A DNA stretch of 43,513 nucleotides. Origin: a plasmid. The DNA lies in the sequence record NZ_CP058956.1; one strand, 5' to 3'. The notes beneath the pieces were generated by a model. The model ran no database searches, was not told the origin of the DNA, and saw only the letters and a list, made by a program, of their open reading frames with translations. The position numbers and the translations under genes were made by a program. This document shows, piece after piece, positions 1 through 8,067 of the stretch (position 1 is its first letter; each line of letters opens with the position of its first letter).

Positions 1-1482
1 ATGAGTGGAAATCGTGACAAAATAATAAAGATTCTGTCGAAAAGCGATCGTTTTGTCACAGCCGATGAGTTGGCAAAGTCTATTGGCATCTCGACAAAGA
101 CGATTTATCGAGCCGTCAATGGGATCAATGACCACTATGACGAACCAATCATTGTCTCCGAGCGTGGCAAAGGGTTGAAGTTGAATTACGATCGGTATCT
201 CGAATTGACGAAGCAGACTGGTTCTGAAAACGACAAGCTGGACAGTACGCCATTGGAGCGACGGAACCAGATTCTTACCAAGCTGCTGTTCAACGCGCCT
301 TTGGCCAATCGAGTGTCAGAGATGTATGAGGACTTCTTCGTAAGCATTGAGCTGATTCATCAAGATTTGACGATTATCAGCAAGCAGCTTCAAAAATATG
401 ATCTCAGCTTAAAGCGGGATGGCAGCTTTGTTTCGGTAGTTGGTGATGAGCGGAACATCCGGCGAGCCATCAACGCAGTCTTGATGCAGAGCAATGCCAT
501 GAACCAAGAGAGCATCAACGATTTCGTCAGTGAGTTTCATGATCTGAGCCGCTTTGACAATCAATTCATAACCACGCAGTTGGAATTGATTCAGCGCCTG
601 CTTAATACAACGATCCCCTATCCTTATAACGTAAACATCTTTTCCCATCTCTACATTCTTATGAAGAGAATTCGTCAAGGAAAGATGATCGACTCTAAGG
701 ACGGGCAGATCAAAAACAAGCGATATGAGAAGATCATTCAGGCCAATCCAAAATTCTATAAGGTAAGCAATGACGTGATCAAGAACGTGGCCGATTATCT
801 TAACTGCGATATACCAGCCATTGAAAGCTATTATTTATTGGAATATCTGATTTCGATGCGTTACAACAACAATTACGTATACGACAAAAAGACTTCATCT
901 GAATCGATGGAGCTGGCTGAATTCTATATCAAGCAGTTTGGATTGAATCCAGGGTCATCGCGCGTTATCTCGCTTCAGAATGATCTGGTCAGTCATATTC
1001 GGCCCATGATCAACCGTCTGAACAATCATATCGTAGTTGCCAATAAGGTACTTGCTGATATCAAGCTAGAATACGGTCAGCTTTTTAAGAAAGTCGCGGC
1101 AATTACCAAAAAGGCGGAAAACGAATTACAGCTGCCTTGGAAGATCAATGATGATGAGATTGGATTCCTTACGCTTTACTTTGCTAAATATATTGAAGAA
1201 TCAAGCCTGCCAAAGCGAGTACTGATCATGTGCGCCAGCGGGATTGGAACTTCAAAACTCCTGTACGTAAAGATTCATAAGGCATTTCCGGATCTGAATA
1301 TCGTGGGAGTCACTTCAAAGACCGACTACGTTGAGAATCCCGACAAGTACGATGACGTTGACGTGATTGTCTCAACAGTACCGGTCGTGCCGCGAAAGGA
1401 CGCTAAGGTGATCCTTTCAAGCGCAATGTTTAACGAACAGGATAGGAATCGATTGAGCAGGTTATTGAATGATGAAGACTAA
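1..1482 (+). CDS. PRD-domain transcriptional regulator of a PTS operon (Mga-like HTH, PRD, EIIB(Gat)-like domain; BglG/MtlR/LicR family)
   Basis: 493-aa ORF. N-terminal HTH-like segment. C-terminal segment 'VLIMCASGIGTSKLLYV' resembles the EIIB(Gat) phosphorylation-site loop. First gene of a co-oriented PTS cluster. Confidence 0.7.
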   Translation: MSGNRDKIIKILSKSDRFVTADELAKSIGISTKTIYRAVNGINDHYDEPIIVSERGKGLKLNYDRYLELTKQTGSENDKLDSTPLERRNQILTKLLFNAPLANRVSEMYEDFFVSIELIHQDLTIISKQLQKYDLSLKRDGSFVSVVGDERNIRRAINAVLMQSNAMNQESINDFVSEFHDLSRFDNQFITTQLELIQRLLNTTIPYPYNVNIFSHLYILMKRIRQGKMIDSKDGQIKNKRYEKIIQANPKFYKVSNDVIKNVADYLNCDIPAIESYYLLEYLISMRYNNNYVYDKKTSSESMELAEFYIKQFGLNPGSSRVISLQNDLVSHIRPMINRLNNHIVVANKVLADIKLEYGQLFKKVAAITKKAENELQLPWKINDDEIGFLTLYFAKYIEESSLPKRVLIMCASGIGTSKLLYVKIHKAFPDLNIVGVTSKTDYVENPDKYDDVDVIVSTVPVVPRKDAKVILSSAMFNEQDRNRLSRLLNDED

Positions 1483-1879
1483 GCTAATTCTGGACAAAAA
1501 CGTAATCGTGCCTAACCGCGATAAATGGCTTAAACACGTTGCGGGCATCATCCCCGATTTCTCGAATGATCCAACGCTGCTCATTCAGACGTTAAGAGAG
1601 CGAGAAGAAATCGGGAGCACAAGGCTTGCGGAAAAGTTGGTAATGCCGCATGTCGTAATGCCTGGAATTGCCGATAGCTATATCATCGTTAGCCAATTGG
1701 GATCCCCAGTTGAATGGTTTGATAATCATTCAGTGGATACCGGAACGTTTCTGGTCGTAAAAGGCAACGATGAAGCGATAAGTAATTTTGTGGTTCATAT
1801 GGCAGATGATTCTTTTGTAGAACGGCTGTGTGAACGAGGCATAGAGAAGAAAACTATTGAAAGTCTTTTAGAAGAATAG
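1469..1879 (+). CDS. PTS EIIA component (type-2, fructose/mannitol family)
   Basis: 136-aa ORF overlapping the regulator stop by 14 nt. Contains an 'MPHV' His loop typical of EIIA-2. An in-frame TGA immediately upstream of its ATG rules out a fusion with the regulator by frameshift. Confidence 0.6.
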   Translation: MMKTKLILDKNVIVPNRDKWLKHVAGIIPDFSNDPTLLIQTLREREEIGSTRLAEKLVMPHVVMPGIADSYIIVSQLGSPVEWFDNHSVDTGTFLVVKGNDEAISNFVVHMADDSFVERLCERGIEKKTIESLLEE

Positions 1880-1889
1880 AGGGAAACGC

Positions 1890-2345
1890 ATGTTGTTTGA
1901 TAAAGAGGTTATTTTATTTAACCAAGATGCTTCTGACAACGTAAGCGCCTTAACTCGGCTGGCTGACAGTATGTATGCCAAAGGAGTAGTAACCAGCGAG
2001 TACAGGGATGCCTTACTGAAGCGTGAAGAAAGTTTTCCCACCGGACTGATGACTCAAACGATTGGGGTTGCGATTCCTCATACGGATCCAGATAAGGTGA
2101 TTGAGCCGCAGATTGGATTCATGAGTCTGAAGCATCCAGTGACTTTTCATCAAATGGGCGATAATGCCGAGATTCAAGTAAAACTGATCTTCATGCTTGC
2201 ACTCAAAAAGTCAGACGACCAATTGAGCATGTTGCAGAAGCTGATGGCGCTCTTCCAAAACCAAGAAGCCATGGACGCTTTGCAAAAAATTGATCAGAAG
2301 AATGATTTTCTCGATTTGATGAAGAAGAACGAAATAATTGAATAG
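1890..2345 (+). CDS. PTS EIIA component (type-2, galactitol-type GatA-like)
   Basis: 151 aa with an 'IGVAIPHT' EIIA-2 phospho-histidine motif. RBS 'agggaaacgc' lies upstream. Confidence 0.65.
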   Translation: MLFDKEVILFNQDASDNVSALTRLADSMYAKGVVTSEYRDALLKREESFPTGLMTQTIGVAIPHTDPDKVIEPQIGFMSLKHPVTFHQMGDNAEIQVKLIFMLALKKSDDQLSMLQKLMALFQNQEAMDALQKIDQKNDFLDLMKKNEIIE

Positions 2346-2365
2346 AGCTAAAGGGGGATAAAGAT

Positions 2366-3727
2366 ATGAGTGCTATAGCATCAGGACTCCAATGGTTCGT
2401 TAACCTTGGGGCAAGCGTTATGCTTCCAATACTGCTGTTTATCTTTGCTTTGATTTTACGGATCAAGCCAAGCAAGGCCTTCAAAGCTGGTTTGATGGTT
2501 GGGATCGGGTTTATTGGCTTGAACCTGGTCATTAGTCTGTTAACCAAGAATCTTGGCCCTGCCTCGCATGCCATGGTTAGAAACTTTGGGATGCACCTTG
2601 GCACGATTGACATTGGTTGGCCGGCTGCTTCTGCCATTGCTTACGGTACCGTTCTGGGGAGTCTGGCTATTCCGGTTGGCGTTATCACCAACGTTGTACT
2701 GCTGCTGTTGGGATTGACGCAGACGCTGGATGTTGACGTTTGGAACTACTGGCACATTGCCTTTACTGGTTCCCTCGTCTACGCGGTTTCACACAGTTTC
2801 TCGCTTGGGATTTTTACGATGATCGTTCACGTAATGGTTATCTACCTGCTTGCTGACATGTCCGCTCCATACATTCAGAAACAGTACGGTTTGGATGGTA
2901 TTTCATTCCCACAAGGCGCCTCGGCACCAGGCTACGTATTGGCTCTGCCGTTGAACTGGCTGATGGACCGCATCCCTGGCATCAACAAGATCAAGCTGAC
3001 GCCAAAGACGATTCAAAAGCGTATGGGAATCTTCGGCGACTCTGGCGTGATGGGTCTGCTGATTGGTATCGTAATCGGTATTTTGGCTAAGTACTCCGTT
3101 ACCAAGACGTTGCAGCTTGGTGTCTCAACGGCTGCCGTTCTGGTCTTGATGCCGCGGATGGTTTCACTGCTGATGGAAGGTCTGACTCCTATTTCTGAAG
3201 GTGCCAACGAACTGGTTCAAAAGCACTTCCCAGGCCGGAACCTTTACATCGGGATGGACAGTGCGCTTGCTGTAGGTAACGAAACGGTTCTGTCCGCCTC
3301 ACTGCTGCTGGTTCCAATTACGCTGCTGATTGCCGTAATCCTGCCAGGTAACCACGTGCTGCCATTTGGTGACTTGGCAACCATCCCTTACATGATTGCC
3401 ATCATGGCTGCCGTATTCCGCGGCGACATTTTCCGGACGCTGGTTGGTGGGATCGTGGACATCATCTTGAGCCTGTACATTGCTTCTTGGGTTGCTCCAC
3501 TGGTTACGGCTTCCGCAAAAGCTGCCAACTTCAGCCTTCAAGGCAACACCTCAATTTCCGTTCTTAGTGACGGTGGTGTCTGGACTACCTGGGTCGTCGT
3601 TGGCCTTGGCAAGATTATGACTTGGGGCGGTATCGGTTTGATCGGTGTCGTTACCTTGGCATTGATGATCTGGTACAACAAGTTCCACAAGAAGAACCAA
3701 GCTAAGAAGGCTAAACCTGCTGCCTAG
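2366..3727 (+). CDS. gatC: PTS galactitol-family EIIC permease
   Basis: 453-aa polytopic membrane protein with an EIIC-GAT-like N-terminus 'MSAIASGLQWFVNLGASVMLPIL'. RBS 'aagggggata' lies upstream. Confidence 0.8.
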   Translation: MSAIASGLQWFVNLGASVMLPILLFIFALILRIKPSKAFKAGLMVGIGFIGLNLVISLLTKNLGPASHAMVRNFGMHLGTIDIGWPAASAIAYGTVLGSLAIPVGVITNVVLLLLGLTQTLDVDVWNYWHIAFTGSLVYAVSHSFSLGIFTMIVHVMVIYLLADMSAPYIQKQYGLDGISFPQGASAPGYVLALPLNWLMDRIPGINKIKLTPKTIQKRMGIFGDSGVMGLLIGIVIGILAKYSVTKTLQLGVSTAAVLVLMPRMVSLLMEGLTPISEGANELVQKHFPGRNLYIGMDSALAVGNETVLSASLLLVPITLLIAVILPGNHVLPFGDLATIPYMIAIMAAVFRGDIFRTLVGGIVDIILSLYIASWVAPLVTASAKAANFSLQGNTSISVLSDGGVWTTWVVVGLGKIMTWGGIGLIGVVTLALMIWYNKFHKKNQAKKAKPAA

Positions 3728-3758
3728 ATTTGTTTAAATTTGGAAGGAGATTATTACT

Positions 3759-4046
3759 ATGAAGACGTTAATGGTTGTTTGCGGTAGCGGTGTTGCTACT
3801 TCCACTGTTGCTGAAGGAAAGATTCGCGACTTTTTGGACTCAAAAGGATTGCTGGACAAGGTCAAGATCTACAAGAGTAACATTGCCGAACAGATCAACA
3901 ACATTGATGACTACGATGTGTTTGTCAGCACGACGGTCGTTCCAGAAGACGTTCGCGACAAGGTTATCAATGGCCTTCCGCTGCTGACTGGTATCGGTGT
4001 AGATAAGGTATACGATCAAATCCTGGCAAAGCTGGGTGAAGACTAG
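3759..4046 (+). CDS. gatB: PTS galactitol-family EIIB
   Basis: 95 aa with a 'VVCGSGVATST' active-site Cys loop. RBS 'ggaaggaga' lies upstream. Confidence 0.8.
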   Translation: MKTLMVVCGSGVATSTVAEGKIRDFLDSKGLLDKVKIYKSNIAEQINNIDDYDVFVSTTVVPEDVRDKVINGLPLLTGIGVDKVYDQILAKLGED

Positions 4047-4061
4047 ATTAACCTACGAAAA

Positions 4062-4098
4062 GCAGGCCCGTGGAAATTCCGCGAGCCTGTTTTTTTTG
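4062..4098 (+). terminator. rho-independent terminator of the PTS operon
   Basis: Stem 'caggcccg' / 'cgagcctg' followed by a T8 run, immediately after the gatB stop. Confidence 0.6.
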
Positions 4099-4510
4099 AT
4101 TGTTGATGGAGTGTGTTGAACAAAAATTGCTGAGCTGCTAAGGCATATTTATATCCCTCTGCTGTCGTAAAAATTAATAAGATGGCAGTCTAAAAATGCC
4201 CAAAAATGGCAGCGTGAAATTGTACAAGAATGGCAATTTCAAAATGTACAATGCCCCACGTGCCATGCAGAATTCGTAAATCGCTGATGGACGCATTGCG
4301 GAGTCATTTTGGGCAGCGAAACGTACTCGTTGAGGGTGCATTATAGGCGCGAACCGAGAAAATTAGTATCCACGTCAAATCCCCGTCACTGGCGGGTCCA
4401 TGAGCATTCATGGATCGATTTCCCTTATGCTCTTTAAATTACAGAAAACCGAAAAAGGAGATTTTTTAGCTACTTGAAAAATCTTGTCATTGATCGGCAT
4501 CGTAGAATTT

Positions 4511-5862
4511 GAGAGTGTCAATAATTTTGTGTACTTTTGAAAATCCTTCTTTGTATGAAATGCTTACTTAAATAAACATGGAATCCAAGGTATCCTTGCT
4601 TCCTCGAAATCCACGATGTGCTCGTTCTTCGAACTTGTCATTGTATTCTAGAATTTGAGTTGTCACGAATCGTTGAAGGGCATCCTCATTTGGAAACTGC
4701 TCCTTCTGGCGAATTTTCTTCTTCAACTTTTTGTTGAAAGCTTCAATCAAATTTGTTGAGTAAATTGATGCCCGAATGCTTGGCGGAAATTCGTAGAAGG
4801 TGAATAAGTTACTTAACTTACCCAATTTTCGCATCTGGTTGCTATATTTGCTTTTCCATTTCAAAATGAAGTTATCTAAAGCTTGTTTTGCTTCTTCAAG
4901 TGATTCAGATTGGCGAATTTCTTTAAATTCGCTCATCAAATCTCGCATATCGCTTTTTCGCACATGTGATGTGAGGTTACGAAGCACATGGACTAAGCAG
5001 CGCTGAAACTTAGCGGTTGGATAAATTTCTGCAATCACATTTTCGAGCCCAATAAAACCATCGGCGATGAATAACTGAACCTGTTCAATTCCTCGATTGC
5101 GTAAACTTTCAAGTAGTTCACGCCATGCTTCACCATTTTCGTTTGGTGCTACCGAGAAGTCTAAGACTTCTTTACCGCCGTCACTACGAATTCCAATCGC
5201 GATATTAACCGCTTCGCGCTCAACAGTTCCGCGCTTGAGCGGAATATAAGTAGCGTCTAAGAACACGCAAACATACTGTGAGTGCTTAAAGGTCCTGTTA
5301 TGAAACTCTTCAACCAAGTTGCCAACTTGCTTAGTAATATTTGAAACGGTAGTTGGTGAATAGTAATCGCCATACATGCGCTCAACTAAATCAGCTATTT
5401 CACGAGTCGTGATGCCTTTGGAATACATTTTAATGATCATCGATTCCAGAGTATCTGTCCGCCGTGAATATGGTTCGAATAAAGCGTTACGAAATTTATT
5501 CTTACGATCGCGCGGAACCGTAATATTGATTGGTCCAAATTCAGTATCGATGGTTCGCTGATACGATCCGTTTCTGGCGTTGTCCCCATGAGCGGAACTG
5601 TCGTTACGCTCATAGGGTTGGTAGCCTAAGACTGCCGACAATTCTTCTTGAAGTAATGTATTGACGGTTTGTTCTAACTGATTGCGAAAGACATCTTTTA
5701 ATGATGTTTTAGAGTCAGAAGATAGCGCGTCAAGAATTTCTTTGTTAAACTGGTTCATAGGGAAAGCCTCCGTTTTGATTGTGTTTAGCGATTTAATCAT
5801 ACGGGGAAGGCTTTCCCTTTTCAATTTAATTTAGAAATTTACACAAAATATTTTACACTCCC
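4511..5862 (-). mobile_element. IS256-family insertion sequence, copy A (1352 bp)
   Basis: Imperfect terminal inverted repeats 'GAGAGTGTCAATAATTTTGTGTAC' and 'GGGAGTGTAAAATATTTTGTGTAA'. Flanked by the 8-bp direct repeat 'tagaattt' at 4503-4510 and 5863-5870. The 8-bp duplication is the size expected for the IS256 family. Confidence 0.9.
4568..5824 (-). CDS. IS256-family (Mutator-type) DDE transposase
   Basis: 418 aa, identical to the ORF at 23758-25014. Typical IS256 transposase organisation. Confidence 0.9.
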   Translation of the reverse strand: MKRESLPRMIKSLNTIKTEAFPMNQFNKEILDALSSDSKTSLKDVFRNQLEQTVNTLLQEELSAVLGYQPYERNDSSAHGDNARNGSYQRTIDTEFGPINITVPRDRKNKFRNALFEPYSRRTDTLESMIIKMYSKGITTREIADLVERMYGDYYSPTTVSNITKQVGNLVEEFHNRTFKHSQYVCVFLDATYIPLKRGTVEREAVNIAIGIRSDGGKEVLDFSVAPNENGEAWRELLESLRNRGIEQVQLFIADGFIGLENVIAEIYPTAKFQRCLVHVLRNLTSHVRKSDMRDLMSEFKEIRQSESLEEAKQALDNFILKWKSKYSNQMRKLGKLSNLFTFYEFPPSIRASIYSTNLIEAFNKKLKKKIRQKEQFPNEDALQRFVTTQILEYNDKFEERAHRGFRGSKDTLDSMFI

Positions 5863-6003
5863 TAGAATTTTATATCGCATATATAATTTGCGCCAACATT
5901 CCTCACGATCAAGCAGAAGATATCGCTGAATTGAGTTATCCTTAATATACAAACAAGCATTCCCGATCTGATTGGGAACGTGAAGTAAGACGTTAGGGGC
6001 GGT

Positions 6004-6456
6004 ATGATGAGTATTGCGGTAAGAGCTTTAGGGATTGCGGTTATATTGATGATGGCGGCATTGGCAGTTCGACTTTTAAATGAAAGAGAACAGTTGTCTC
6101 GTAATTTAGAAAACAAGTCCAGATTCGACAAACGCAGTCGATTGAGATGGAAAATGGGGATCCTAGGGTCGAGAAGAAAGCTTAAGCAGGGAAGACTTGC
6201 TTTGGGTCAGATGGTACTAGCTTTTTTGGTTGGTTTCCTAACGATGCGCGCCTACGCGAATGAGTATTTCTTTATGATTGGCGGCAGCATCAGTGTGATT
6301 GTTTTTGTGCGTTCGTTCTTCGTTTGGAAAAGGATTACGCGCGAGAGCAGGCCAGTCATTCTTAGTGGTTCAGCAGCCAGGATCATCAAAGAGTTCTTTG
6401 ATGACGGGGCTAAGAAAAACTCACAAAATGATGACGGATCTAAGAAGGACGATTAG
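6004..6456 (+). CDS. hypothetical membrane protein (about 3 TM segments, acidic C-terminus)
   Basis: 150-aa ORF with hydrophobic segments. A -10-like 'tatataat' lies at about 5879-5886, immediately beside the IS copy-A end. Confidence 0.4.
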   Translation: MMSIAVRALGIAVILMMAALAVRLLNEREQLSRNLENKSRFDKRSRLRWKMGILGSRRKLKQGRLALGQMVLAFLVGFLTMRAYANEYFFMIGGSISVIVFVRSFFVWKRITRESRPVILSGSAARIIKEFFDDGAKKNSQNDDGSKKDD

Positions 6457-6565
6457 AATAAATGAAAGCGTGATTGTTGCGAAACTATTTATTATTTTCG
6501 GTGTTAACTTTGGGAGACTAAGATCTGTAATTTGTTCAGCATAACTTGAAAGAAGGCATGATGAA

Positions 6566-6784
6566 ATGACTGATGATGAAATCATGGAAATCTATCGAGG
6601 TTGGGATGACAAAACTTATGCGGCGATCAAAGAATATGTATCTATGTTTCACCAACCATGGCCAGTTTATGGTCCTCACGATATTGAACTGATTGAATGC
6701 TGTATCAAAAAGAAAATGTCAATTGATGACCTGCTGACAGATGATGAAATATACGATAAGTATTATAAGGACATTATTTATTGA
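6566..6784 (+). CDS. hypothetical small protein
   Basis: 72-aa ORF. RBS 'gaaagaagg' lies upstream. Confidence 0.35.
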   Translation: MTDDEIMEIYRGWDDKTYAAIKEYVSMFHQPWPVYGPHDIELIECCIKKKMSIDDLLTDDEIYDKYYKDIIY

Positions 6785-6802
6785 TAAAGTTGAGGTTAAT
6801 AC

Positions 6803-6979
6803 ATGGCAAGAGCAATTCCAAAGGGCATGAAGTTTTATGATGATCCCGGAAAAGAGCTAGAAAAAGCGTTTAAAGAATATGAAGATAGATTTGGCAAAGG
6901 ATCAGTTGAGAGGCTGATGCCACTTGTTGACCCATTAAATCCCGATCCAGTGGCAGACATGATAGCAATTCAAAATTAA
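6803..6979 (+). CDS. hypothetical small protein (58 aa, below the ORF-track cutoff)
   Basis: ATG at 6803 preceded by RBS 'gaggt'. It lies 18 nt downstream of the previous ORF. Translation: MARAIPKGMKFYDDPGKELEKAFKEYEDRFGKGSVERLMPLVDPLNPDPVADMIAIQN. Confidence 0.3.
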   Translation: MARAIPKGMKFYDDPGKELEKAFKEYEDRFGKGSVERLMPLVDPLNPDPVADMIAIQN

Positions 6980-7160
6980 GAAAAGCTGTCAAGACAGGCA
7001 GGCGTTTGCCGGAGATACCTAAGGAAATGAGAGACACTATGCTCTATTAGATTGCTCTTCATGCTATGTTAAGTACGAACTCAGTGCAATATAATTAGCT
7101 ACACTGGGATTCAGAATTATCATGAGTATCACTGGAACAACTAAGAACTTATAACTTTAA

Positions 7161-7200
7161 AAGCAGACACACCAAAACCCTTGGCGCGTCTGCTTTTCAT
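7161..7200. terminator. bidirectional hairpin terminator
   Basis: Stem 'aagcagac' / 'gtctgctt' with A/T runs on both sides. It abuts the integrase stop on the minus strand. Confidence 0.5.
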
Positions 7201-7794
7201 TTACCCAAAATCAATCTTATCCAGCATATGCTCACGGCTGACCTGATCAAGCCCCAGGTATGCCAAGGTCATGGCTTCGCTGGAATGGTTCAGCAGCTTC
7301 ATGACCAGACCAATGTTGTAGTTGGACTGGACGTACACGCGATAGGCTCCAGTCTTGCGCATCGTGTGCGTGCCCAGGTAGTTGATATCCAACAGATCCC
7401 CGACCTTGGCCATCACGTTATAGAACTGGCGCTCGTCAATATGCTTCTGCGGCCGCGTGGTAGAAGGAAACAGCCATTCCGTTGTACCCTCATAGCTGTT
7501 GCGCTTAAGCCACTGCTGATACATCACCAGGTCCATCATCACCGGCTTGAGGTAGAGCGTGTTCCGCTTGCCGGTCTTCTTGTCCTTGATGAACGCGTGC
7601 TGCTTAATGGCGCCATAGTCATCGAAAACGTCCTCCTGCTTAAGCCGCAGTACGTCACTGACCCGCAGCAGAGTTGCCTTGCCGACTTGAAAGATGGTGT
7701 AGTTGCGCCGGCCAGACTTGAAGTTGTTCAACAGCGTGTCCTGTACCTGCTTGAGTACCTCATCATCCTTGATTGGCAGTACGATTTGCCGCAT
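7201..7794 (-). CDS. short tyrosine recombinase (phage-integrase-family catalytic domain only)
   Basis: 197 aa. 'GTHTMRKTGAYRVY' supplies the H-x-x-R ... Y catalytic residues, and an upstream Arg ('LLRVSDVLRL') fits box I. There is no N-terminal core-binding domain. Confidence 0.85.
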   Translation of the reverse strand: MRQIVLPIKDDEVLKQVQDTLLNNFKSGRRNYTIFQVGKATLLRVSDVLRLKQEDVFDDYGAIKQHAFIKDKKTGKRNTLYLKPVMMDLVMYQQWLKRNSYEGTTEWLFPSTTRPQKHIDERQFYNVMAKVGDLLDINYLGTHTMRKTGAYRVYVQSNYNIGLVMKLLNHSSEAMTLAYLGLDQVSREHMLDKIDFG

Positions 7795-7798
7795 TTAA

Positions 7799-7975
7799 TC
7801 ACCCCTGCTTTCCCGTCAAACGGAGGCTTTCATCAATCAGTCTCATTACGTTATCATCGTCCAGCTGATCGTCAAGTACGACTGAAATCCAGTACTTATG
7901 ATTCATATGGTAGGCCGGAAAAACGGACTGACCGTCAACTGGCAGCGTGTTGCTTTTCAGATTTATGATATCAAC
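7799..7975 (-). pseudogene. 3'-terminal remnant of an MmcQ/YjbR-family gene
   Basis: Open frame with no start codon. Translation: '...LPVDGQSVFPAYHMNHKYWISVVLDDQLDDDNVMRLIDESLRLTGKQG*'. It matches the conserved C-terminal 'HMNKKHWITV..LDG....ELIDESY' signature of YjbR proteins. The N-terminal part is absent. Confidence 0.4.
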
Positions 7976-8067
7976 GTTTCCGGCGTTAACATACGGCCAT
8001 GCCTCTTATCATCCAGCAGCTTCTGGTATTCTTCATACTGCTTATTTGTAATCTTTTTTATATTCAC

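Noticed and set aside
1469-1482. Regulator-EIIA fusion broken by a frameshift
   Set aside because: The EIIA frame has a TGA stop one codon upstream of its ATG, so one indel could not fuse the two. They were treated as overlapping separate genes.
7228-7968. Plus-strand 246-aa ORF, and similar antisense ORFs at 20204-21100, 21466-21984, 26020-26823, 32046-32576 and 42623-43129
   Set aside because: All lie antisense within GC-rich genes that have clear homology on the other strand (integrase, deoB, pnuC, the 641-aa gene, the TIM-barrel gene, the polymerase). They are histidine/arginine-rich and lack RBSs.
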